A program made the translations under genes and the position numbers. The notes under the pieces were generated by a model, which worked only from the letters and a program-made list of their open reading frames with translations, was not told the DNA's origin and did not search any database. Positions 54,901-64,000 of a DNA stretch of 64,000 nt are shown piece after piece. The first letter of the stretch is position 1; every line of letters begins with the position of its first letter. The stretch lies in contig CAWHHI010000012.1 of assembly GCA_963829055.1 (NCBI GenBank), forward strand, positions 192,001 through 256,000, read 5' to 3'. Source of the DNA: an uncultured Gemmatimonadaceae bacterium. GTDB taxonomy: Bacteria > Gemmatimonadota > Gemmatimonadetes > Gemmatimonadales > Gemmatimonadaceae.

Positions 54901-55198
54901 TAACGACAACGGTGCGGTTTGATGGCGTGAACCCAACAAGACGAATGCGCAGCTCTACAGTCCTCGCGGGCACGTTCGTGATGCGGTACTGGCCTCGCCC
55001 GTTCGTGGCAGCTCCGATATTCGCGCCCGTGACGCCGACCTGGACGCCCTCGAGCGGACGGCCGGTGCCCGCTTCGCGTATCGTCCCCTCGATTGTACCG
55101 ACGCCGGTCGCTTGCTGCGCGAACAGAGTCGGTGGCAGTGCCATTGTGATCGCGACTGCAACGACGCTCGTTATCCGCTGACGAAATCGCCCTCTCAT
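51939..55198 (-). CDS. SusC/RagA TonB-linked transporter (two apparent frameshifts)
   Basis: [70 protein letters not shown]. Confidence 0.9.
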
Positions 55199-55738
55199 GA
55201 GTTCCTCCCGCTTCGTGGGTGCCTTACACTGAACGGTACGGCCGGTCGGATGGCTGATCCGACACATCGAGCGCGCGTCATTCAATCAACGCCAACACAG
55301 CGGACGGTCATGACGCACAAGGAGTCGGGCTGATTCTCTTATCGTCTTACCATTTCGGTATCGATCACTCGTGGCGTGCCGCACTGACTCGGCACCACGC
55401 ACGCCTGTGACGAAACGTGACAACGGCGGGCTGGGTCGTTCGTACACGCTTTCGGGCGTAGCTTTATTACGATGGCGCTCGACGGCTTGTCAATAACGCC
55501 CTCTTTTTGCTTTACCCGCCGCGACACTAGGCCGGTGACCCGCATGAGTCTCGCGCCGTATGGCGGGATCGCTGGAGTGCCGCAGCAGTGAGATCCGTTG
55601 GGCGGCTCCAACACCGCAGCTGCGGGTGCTCGCCGACGGATCGGCAGCGAGCCCCCCGCGTCGGTCGACGGGTTGCCGCGCACGCACGACGCACGCCCAC
55701 GTTAGGCGTCGCGATCTGGTCACGCCCACGCTCACATA

Positions 55739-57208
55739 ATGCGTATTGTTGTCATTGGCTCGGGGTTCGGTGGTCTCAGCGCCGCGATACGGCTGCAGGC
55801 CCAGGGGCACGAAGTCGTCATCCTCGAGAAGCGCGATCGGGCCGGTGGCCGGGCCTATGTCTTTCGCCAGAATGGCTTCACGTTCGACGCCGGCCCGACC
55901 ATCCTCACCGCGCCGGCCATGATCGACGAGCTGTTCGCGCTCGCCGGCCGGCAGACATCAGAGGCAGTTCGACTCGTACGGCTCGATCCCTACTACAACG
56001 TGCGTTTCGAAGACGGGGCCGTGTTCCGGTACACGGGGGACTCGGAGCAGCTACGCGCCGAAGTTCGCCGGTTCAGGGGGAGCGACGTCGATGGGTACGA
56101 TCGATTCAGCGTCGCCGCTCAACGCATTTTCGATGCGGCCTTTCCGCTCGTCGACCAGCCGTTCACGACGGTCACGGACATGATGCGCGTACTCCCGGAG
56201 CTCGTCCGCCTCCGCGCTGACCGTTCCGTCGCTCGCGTCGCGGAACGCTACTTCTCGGACGAGCGCTTGCGGCAGGTGTTCAGCTTTCACCCGCTCCTCA
56301 TCGGTGGGAATCCGTTCCACAGCTCGTCGATCTACGCGCTCATTCACGTACTCGAAAAACGATGGGGTGTCTGGTTCGCCATGGGAGGCACGGGCGCCCT
56401 CGTCGACGCGCTCGTGCGGCTGTTCACGGATCTCGGCGGCGAGATCCGGTTCGATGCGGAGGTCGGTGGGATAGACGTCGATCTTGTGACGCGCCGCGCC
56501 CGCGGAGTGACGCTGGTTGACGGTGAACGGCTGACCGCCGATGCGGTAGTGAGCAACGCCAATGTCGCGTTCACCTATCGGCGACTCGTGCCGGCCGCCG
56601 CGCGAAAGGTGAACACGGATCGCCGCATCGATGGCCTGCGGTACTCGATGTCGCTGTTCGTCATCTACTTCGGTACCGATCGACGCTACGAGGACATCGC
56701 GCATCACGAGATCCTCATGGGGCCGCGCTATAAGGGTCTGCTCGGCGACATCTTCGACCGGAAGACGCTCGCGGACGATTTCTCGCTCTACCTGCATCGT
56801 CCGACGGCGACGGACACGTCGCTCGCGCCGCCGGGCTGCGACAGCTGGTACGTGCTGTCGCCCGTTCCGCACCTGGGCGGTCGCACCGACTGGGCGCAGG
56901 CGTCCGCGCCGTATCGCGACGCGATCATCCGCTACCTGGAACAGCGCTATCTGCCGGGACTGAGCCGTCACATCGTCGCCGAGCAGCGAGTGGATCCGCG
57001 GTACTTCCACGAGACGTTGAACAGTCACCTCGGGAGTGCGTTCTCCGTCGAACCGACGCTGACGCAGTCGGCGTGGTTCCGTCCTCACAACAAGAGCGAG
57101 GATGTTCCCAACCTCTATCTGGTTGGCGCCGGAACGCATCCCGGCGCCGGCGTGCCCGGTGTTCTCAGCTCGGGAAAGATCGTCGCGGACATGATCGGTC
57201 GCGTATGA
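55739..57208 (+). CDS. crtI: Phytoene desaturase
   Basis: VVIGSGFGGL, FTFDAGPT, FSFHPLLIGGNPF, PTLTQSAWFRPHN, LVGAGTHPGAGVPGV. Confidence 0.93.
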   Translation: MRIVVIGSGFGGLSAAIRLQAQGHEVVILEKRDRAGGRAYVFRQNGFTFDAGPTILTAPAMIDELFALAGRQTSEAVRLVRLDPYYNVRFEDGAVFRYTGDSEQLRAEVRRFRGSDVDGYDRFSVAAQRIFDAAFPLVDQPFTTVTDMMRVLPELVRLRADRSVARVAERYFSDERLRQVFSFHPLLIGGNPFHSSSIYALIHVLEKRWGVWFAMGGTGALVDALVRLFTDLGGEIRFDAEVGGIDVDLVTRRARGVTLVDGERLTADAVVSNANVAFTYRRLVPAAARKVNTDRRIDGLRYSMSLFVIYFGTDRRYEDIAHHEILMGPRYKGLLGDIFDRKTLADDFSLYLHRPTATDTSLAPPGCDSWYVLSPVPHLGGRTDWAQASAPYRDAIIRYLEQRYLPGLSRHIVAEQRVDPRYFHETLNSHLGSAFSVEPTLTQSAWFRPHNKSEDVPNLYLVGAGTHPGAGVPGVLSSGKIVADMIGRV

Positions 57209-57312
57209 CTGATCGCATCAGCGGCGATCCTCGGCTGCGACGAGTCCGCGTTAGGTGATGTCGTAGCGGACCAGCCGCGCAGTGGTCACGGCGCCGTCGC
57301 CGGCGCCGTTCG

Positions 57313-57780
57313 CTAGAACGCGACGCCGATCAGGAACCTCGCGGTGCCGTACACGAACGGCGCGCTGTCGAACGCATCGGCGTCGCCGAGGATCCGTTTC
57401 GCACCGAGACCACTGCCGACGTAGAAGCGCCGGCCGCGACCAAGCAGCCAGTTGTAATCGACGTAAACAGCGATCGACGGGCTGGTCTCGTCGACCAGCG
57501 ATTCGACTCCGTTCTCCGTGACGTGCTCGCGAGTGTTCACCGCGCCTAACCCGAGACCGACGGCAAATGCACGCGGCGCTTCTTCGTTCGGGTACAGGCG
57601 CCCCTTCACCTCGAAGCTCGAGCGCGTATAGTCGCTCGGGGAGAAGTAGCTGAAGTTCGCGCCAACGGAGAACGCTCCCTGGATCGCCTGCTCCGCTTCG
57701 ATCGCGACGACCTCGAATGGAATGCCGAGCGGATTGATGGCGAAGACGTGCGTTCTATTGGGATGCCAGACGAACCGCAC
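57313..57780 (-). CDS. Small outer-membrane beta-barrel-like hypothetical protein (5' end unresolved)
   Basis: INPLG, alternating strands, YNWLLG, C-terminal RFLIGVAF. Confidence 0.55.
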   Translation of the reverse strand: MRFVWHPNRTHVFAINPLGIPFEVVAIEAEQAIQGAFSVGANFSYFSPSDYTRSSFEVKGRLYPNEEAPRAFAVGLGLGAVNTREHVTENGVESLVDETSPSIAVYVDYNWLLGRGRRFYVGSGLGAKRILGDADAFDSAPFVYGTARFLIGVAF

Positions 57781-58003
57781 CCGCGCTCGAGAAAACTAGC
57801 GATGTGCTGCGCGAGACAGGGCAAGGACACGGATGCGGCGCGACGCGCGCACCCGCGCGGCAGTGTGTGAGGAGCCGCTCATGGAGTCGGGTTGGTGCCC
57901 TTCCGGCCGCGGGTTAGGTTTCCGCTCGCGGCCGGGAGCCGGCCCACCATCGAACGACGCGGCGCTGCCCGGCGCCAGCGACATCCATTACGTGCCTCTC
58001 GTC

Positions 58004-59242
58004 ATGAACATCGAGATCACTCCAAAGAAGAGCGACGGCGTCGAACGCCTCCTGCAGATCTCGGTGCCGATCGAGACCGTCCGGGCCGCCGAGGACAAAG
58101 CCGCACGACGCTACGCGACCAGCGTTCGGCTCCCGGGGTTCCGCCCGGGCAAAGCGCCACCGGCGATGGTCAAGAAGAAGTTCGCCGATGCGATTCGGCA
58201 GGAGACGCTCGAGAGCCTTGTCCAGGAGGCCTACAAGGAAGTCCTCGAGCGCGAGCAGCTGAAGCTCGCGTCGCAACCGCACGTGCACGACGTGAAGTTC
58301 GGCGAGAACGAGCCGCTGACGTTCGAGCTTCACCTGGAGGTGCGGCCTGACATTCCACTCGCCCGCACGCAGGGCTTCCGCGTTCAACGCACCGAGCGCA
58401 CGGTCACGGACGAACAGGTCCGCGACCAGATCGAACAGCTACGCGATCAGCGGGCGACGTGGGCGCCGGTCGAGGACCGCGCCGCGCCGGGTGACATGGT
58501 CAACGTGGTGCTCGCGACCGCGGACGAAACCGGAGCCATGCCCGAGGGCAAGCCGTATCCACTCGTCCTTGGCGCTGGTCAGGCGATCGCTGGGATCGAA
58601 GAGCTGATCATGGAAGCCAGGCCCGGCGAGACCGTCGAGCGGCCCGTGCAATGGCCCGAGGATTTTCCGGACGAGGCGCAGCGCTCGCAGATGAAGACCG
58701 TGCGCGTCACGGTGCAGGATGTGAAGCGCAAGACCGTGCCCGAACTCGACGATGCCTTCGCGCGCGAGGTCGGTGACTTCGACTCGATGGACGCGCTCAC
58801 GAAAGCGGTGCGCGACGACCTCGAAGCGAACGCAGAGCGCGAGACGGAATCGGAAATCCGTCAGCGCCTGCTCGATGACATCATCGGCGCGAATCCGTTC
58901 GAGGTCCCGCCGAGCTGGGTCAGTCAGCTCGTGGAGGCGTACGGGAACGCCTACCAGGTTCCGGAGAGCGAGAAGGAAAAGTTCGCGGCGGAGTTCCGCC
59001 CGATGGCGGAGCGTCAGGTCCGTCGCGATCTCGTGATCGACACGGTGGCGGAGCGCGAGAACCTAACGGCAACGGAAGCGGATCTCGACGATCGCATCGC
59101 CGAAACAGCGTCGAAGCGCGGCGCGGATCCGGGACAGCTCTACGCGTCGCTGCAAAAGGCAGGGCGTCTCAAGGAGCTCGAGCGATCGATCACCGAAGAC
59201 AAGGTCTTCAAGTGGCTCCTCGAGAGGAACACGGTTGAATGA
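58004..59242 (+). CDS. tig: Trigger factor
   Basis: LPGFRPGKAP, FKBP-like middle domain, PELDDAFA; precedes clpP. Confidence 0.95.
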   Translation: MNIEITPKKSDGVERLLQISVPIETVRAAEDKAARRYATSVRLPGFRPGKAPPAMVKKKFADAIRQETLESLVQEAYKEVLEREQLKLASQPHVHDVKFGENEPLTFELHLEVRPDIPLARTQGFRVQRTERTVTDEQVRDQIEQLRDQRATWAPVEDRAAPGDMVNVVLATADETGAMPEGKPYPLVLGAGQAIAGIEELIMEARPGETVERPVQWPEDFPDEAQRSQMKTVRVTVQDVKRKTVPELDDAFAREVGDFDSMDALTKAVRDDLEANAERETESEIRQRLLDDIIGANPFEVPPSWVSQLVEAYGNAYQVPESEKEKFAAEFRPMAERQVRRDLVIDTVAERENLTATEADLDDRIAETASKRGADPGQLYASLQKAGRLKELERSITEDKVFKWLLERNTVE

Positions 59243-59252
59243 TGATCAAGAG

Positions 59253-59360
59253 CGCTGGTGGCTGGGTGTGGGTGCTGGTGGCTGGGTGACGCTGAGTGGA
59301 CCACTTAGCTAGCACCGAGCATCACCCAGCACCGAGCACGAGCACCAAGCCACCAGCTTG
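59253..59360. repeat. Imperfect palindrome of GCTGG(G)T(G)/CACCCAGC-type short repeats
   Basis: gctggtggctgggtg... left arm; cacccagcaccgagcacgagcaccaagccaccagc right arm. Confidence 0.7.
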
Positions 59361-59395
59361 CAGTTGAGTAGATCTTTCACTTTTCAGGAAGGCCT

Positions 59396-60025
59396 ATGCC
59401 GACGATTTATCCTCCGTACGTCATCGAGCGCTCCAGCCGTGGCGAGCGCACGTACGACATCTTCTCGCGGCTCCTCATGGACCGCATCATCTTCCTCGGC
59501 ACGCCGATCAACGATGACGTCGCGAACATCGTGATCGCGCAGCTGTTGTTTCTCGAGGCGGATAACGCGGAGAAAGACATCCACCTCTATATCAACTCGC
59601 CAGGCGGCAGCGTATCGGCCGGTCTCGCGATCTACGACACGATGCAGTGGATGAAGTCGCCGGTGAACACGATCTGCATGGGGCTCGCGGCCAGCATGGG
59701 CGCGTTCCTGCTGGCGGCCGGTCGCAACGGCAAGCGTTCGGCGCTTCCGCACTCGCGCATTATGATTCACCAGCCGTCCGGTGGTGCGCAGGGCACGGCG
59801 GCGGACATCGAGATTCAGGCCCGCGAGATCATCTATCTCCGCGGCAAGATGAACGACCTCATGGCGAAGCACACCGGCCGCCCGGTCGAGCAGATCGAGC
59901 GCGACATTGACCGCGATCGATTCATGTCGGCCGACGAAGCCAAGTCGTACGGCATCGTGGATCACGTGATCTCGCATCGCGGTGAGCTCGTCGAGCCGTC
60001 GAAACAGCCGTCGATGACTTTGTGA
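59396..60025 (+). CDS. clpP: ClpP protease subunit
   Basis: [43 protein letters not shown]. Confidence 0.97.
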   Translation: MPTIYPPYVIERSSRGERTYDIFSRLLMDRIIFLGTPINDDVANIVIAQLLFLEADNAEKDIHLYINSPGGSVSAGLAIYDTMQWMKSPVNTICMGLAASMGAFLLAAGRNGKRSALPHSRIMIHQPSGGAQGTAADIEIQAREIIYLRGKMNDLMAKHTGRPVEQIERDIDRDRFMSADEAKSYGIVDHVISHRGELVEPSKQPSMTL

Positions 60026-60160
60026 TGTGAAGGGGTGTCGGCTCGTGAATTTGTTCACAAGCGGCACCCCTGATTTTGCTTGACCCCATGCGGGGACGTC
60101 TATTAGCTATCCCCAGCCACCCGCCTCAGCGCGGTGTGGAATCCCGTATCACGGACCTCC

Positions 60161-61411
<1,251 letters not shown>

Positions 61412-61420
61412 CAAGAGGCA

Positions 61421-61552
61421 AGCTGGTAGCTGGGTGGTCGTGCTTGTTGCTGGGTGATAGCTGGGTGGGGCGGGGTCGAGTCGACTCCGCCCTTTTCTAT
61501 CCAGCCACACCCAGCGTCACCCAGCCACCAGCACGACCACCCAGCAACAAGC
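61421..61552. repeat. Second palindrome of the same short-repeat family as 59253-59360
   Basis: gctggtagctgggtgg... left arm; cacccagcgtcacccagccaccagcacgaccacccagc right arm. Confidence 0.7.
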
Positions 61553-61594
61553 GCCCTTTGTCGCTGCAACCCGGCAACGCGGTACATTACGTCC

Positions 61595-64000
61595 ATGGCT
61601 CTGATCCTTACCCGCGACGCCGAGCGCTTCGAGGTACCCGACCGGCTTCCGGTGCTCCCGCTCCGCGACGTCGTGGTGTTTCCGTACGTCGTCATGCCGC
61701 TGCTCATCGGGCGCGCGCATTCCCTCGCCGCCGTCGACTCGGCAGCGGACGACGGCAACGTCGTGCTGCTCGTGGCGCAGCGGAACGCGGACCAGCAGGA
61801 CCCCGCGGCTGGTGACCTCTTCCGTATCGGTGTGGTCGCGCGCCTCATGCAGGTCGTGCGTCTGCCCAACGGCACCACGAAGATCCTCGTCGAGGGCATC
61901 GCCCGCGCGCGGGTCACGCGCTACGCCACCAGCGGCGGAACGTTGCGCGCGACGATCGCGCCGGAGCCGTTCGTGGACCCGGCGGAACCCGGCGAAAACT
62001 CGGCCCTCGGCCGCCGCGTGTTGTCGCTGTTCGAGGAGTACGTCTCCTTGCACCGGCGCATCCCGGCCGAAGTCGTGACGCTGGTGCAGGCAACCGCTTC
62101 GGAAGAGCGGCAGGCGTGCGCGGTATCCGCGCACCTGGCAGTCCGGCACGACGTGCGGCAGACCTTGCTGGAAGCACCGACCCTCCCCGCCCTGCTCTCC
62201 CAACTCGCGCAGCTTCTGGCAGCCGAGATCGAGATTCTACGCCTGGAGCGGAAGATCGAGGACGACGTCCGCGGCTCGCTGTTCCAGAATCAGCGCGAGT
62301 TCTACCTGCAGGAACAGCTGAAGGCCATTCACCGGGAGCTCGGTCAGGACGACGATGACTTCGGTGACCTGGAAACGGCCATCGAGAAGAAAGCGCTCCC
62401 GGAGCCGGTGCAGGCGCGCGCGTACCGCGAGCTCAGAAAGCTCCGGCGCATGTCGCCGCTGTCACCGGAGGCGACGGTCGCGCGCAACTTCGTCGACTGG
62501 GTGCTCGCGCTTCCATGGACAGAGCGGACGGACGACGCACTCGACGTCGCGAAAGCCCGCGTCGTGCTCGACGAGGACCACTACGGACTCGCCGAGGTGA
62601 AGGAGCGGATTCTCGACTACATCGCCGTGCTGTCGCTCGTCGGGAAGCTCGAGGGCCCCATCCTCTGCCTCGTCGGCCCCCCGGGCGTCGGCAAGACATC
62701 ACTCGGCCGCTCGGTCGCACGTGCACTCGGACGGCGGTTCGCGCGAATGTCGTTAGGCGGCGTGCGCGACGAAGCGGAGATCCGCGGCCACCGGCGCACG
62801 TATATCGGCGCGATGCCCGGGCGCGTGATTCAGGCAATGCGGCGAGCCGAGGTGGTGAACCCCGTCATCCTGCTCGACGAGATCGACAAGCTCGGGCAGG
62901 ACTACCGTGGTGATCCGGCGTCGGCGCTGCTGGAGGTACTCGATCCCGAGCAGAACCGCACGTTCAGCGATCACTACCTCGAGGTCGATTACGACCTGTC
63001 GCACGTTCTGTTCATCACGACGGCGAATTCCCTGGGCACGATTCCCGAGCCGCTCCGCGATCGCATGGAGATCATCCGGCTGCCCGGGTATCTCGACACG
63101 GAGAAGCAGGCGATCGCGCGACAGTTCCTGATCCCGAAGCAGATCCGTCAGAACGGACTCGATCCCGCCGCCGTGACGTTCGAGCCGGAAGCCGTGTCGT
63201 CGATCATCCATCGCTACACGCGCGAGGCTGGCGTTCGCGATCTGGAGCGGCGGCTCGCGCGCGTGGCCCGCAAGCTCGCACGGCGACGTGCCGAGACATC
63301 GGCAGCGCCAATCGCGAACGCCGCTCCGGAGTCGGACGCGGCCGTGAGCCAGGCGACGGTCCCGCCCGCGACGGCGAAACGGTCGCGCTCGAAGAAGGCC
63401 GCCAACGCCAACAGCGAGCCTGAAGCAGCTCCCGCGCCCGTCGCCGTCGCGCAGTCCGTAGGGCCCGACGATCTTCGCGCACTGCTTGGCGTCGCTCCGT
63501 ACGATCCTGACGATATGTCGCTCGACGACAAGGTCGGGGTGGCGACGGGCCTCGCCTACACGTCCGTGGGCGGAGAGACGCTGGAGATCGAGGTGTCCGT
63601 CGTCCGAGGACGCGGCAAGGTGCAGCTCACGGGCACGTTAGGCGACGTCATGAAGGAGTCGGCCACGGCCGCCTTGAGCTACGCGCGTTCGCGGGCCGCC
63701 GCGTTAGGCATCGATCGTGACTTCCATCGCAGCCGCGACCTGCACGTGCACATCCCCGCCGGCGCGACGCCGAAAGACGGCCCGTCGGCGGGCATCGCGA
63801 TCGCGACGGCGGTCATCAGCGCGCTCACCGGGCGGCCGGTTCGTGGTGACACCGCGATGACGGGAGAGATCACGCTGCGAGGGCGCGTGCTCCCGATCGG
63901 CGGCCTCAAGGAAAAATCCGTGGCGGCGCATCGCAATGGCATCGCCAACGTGATCATTCCGTACGGCAACGCGCGTGAGCTCGAGGAGTTGCCCGACGAG
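61595..64000 (+). CDS. lon: Lon protease, copy 2 (runs off the right edge; not in the ORF track)
   Basis: Hand translation from ATG 61595: [30 protein letters not shown]..., [37 protein letters not shown]; canonical tig-clpP-clpX-lon order. Confidence 0.95.
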   Translation, partial: MALILTRDAERFEVPDRLPVLPLRDVVVFPYVVMPLLIGRAHSLAAVDSAADDGNVVLLVAQRNADQQDPAAGDLFRIGVVARLMQVVRLPNGTTKILVEGIARARVTRYATSGGTLRATIAPEPFVDPAEPGENSALGRRVLSLFEEYVSLHRRIPAEVVTLVQATASEERQACAVSAHLAVRHDVRQTLLEAPTLPALLSQLAQLLAAEIEILRLERKIEDDVRGSLFQNQREFYLQEQLKAIHRELGQDDDDFGDLETAIEKKALPEPVQARAYRELRKLRRMSPLSPEATVARNFVDWVLALPWTERTDDALDVAKARVVLDEDHYGLAEVKERILDYIAVLSLVGKLEGPILCLVGPPGVGKTSLGRSVARALGRRFARMSLGGVRDEAEIRGHRRTYIGAMPGRVIQAMRRAEVVNPVILLDEIDKLGQDYRGDPASALLEVLDPEQNRTFSDHYLEVDYDLSHVLFITTANSLGTIPEPLRDRMEIIRLPGYLDTEKQAIARQFLIPKQIRQNGLDPAAVTFEPEAVSSIIHRYTREAGVRDLERRLARVARKLARRRAETSAAPIANAAPESDAAVSQATVPPATAKRSRSKKAANANSEPEAAPAPVAVAQSVGPDDLRALLGVAPYDPDDMSLDDKVGVATGLAYTSVGGETLEIEVSVVRGRGKVQLTGTLGDVMKESATAALSYARSRAAALGIDRDFHRSRDLHVHIPAGATPKDGPSAGIAIATAVISALTGRPVRGDTAMTGEITLRGRVLPIGGLKEKSVAAHRNGIANVIIPYGNARELEELPDE

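Noticed and set aside
469..55198. Many split genes (rimM, ffh, lon, pilD, TrmH, M48, thiD, punA, nucleotidase, TonB receptor, pstS2, susC) as pseudogenes or programmed frameshifts
   Set aside because: They include essential genes, both halves are intact, and there are no shared slippery sites. This is best explained by indel errors in an unpolished assembly; read mapping would confirm.
55560..55700. Cobalamin riboswitch near susC/crtI
   Set aside because: Only a vague gtgccgcagcagtga similarity; GGGAA and B12-box elements not found.

Overview
GC-rich (roughly two-thirds GC) bacterial chromosomal window. Gene content and gene order (SusC/SusD pair, Flp pilins, tig-clpP-clpX-lon, lineage-type small proteins) suggest a Gemmatimonadota-like organism; this is inference. 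Left to right: trmD-rimM-rpsP-ffh, a first Lon protease, a pilD/TrmH operon, and thiD. Next is a ~30 kb nucleotide-salvage and phosphate cluster: CpdB/UshA-type double nucleotidase, add, PNP, udk, PhoBR-like pair, TonB receptor plus FN3 lipoprotein, porin, 2x pstS, pstCA, 2x pstB, phoU, ppx, ppk1, pit and DUF47. That cluster ends in deoC plus two microcompartment vertex (EutN/CcmL) genes. Then come rhomboid, dnaK, degP, tRNA-Leu, three tandem Flp pilins, a DUF853 ATPase, SusD/SusC, crtI and tig-clpP-clpX-lon2. Many genes, including essential ones, are split by apparent single indels, most likely sequencing or assembly errors. Most notable observations: (1) a non-palindromic motif (C)GTTAGG/CCTAAC(G) occurs about 56 times (counted by eye) on both strands and in several reading frames; (2) a satellite microcompartment locus whose DeoC carries an apparent encapsulation peptide, adjoining the nucleotide/phosphate cluster; (3) Pho-box-like repeats with 11-bp period before several phosphate genes; (4) heptamer-built and REP-like palindromes.
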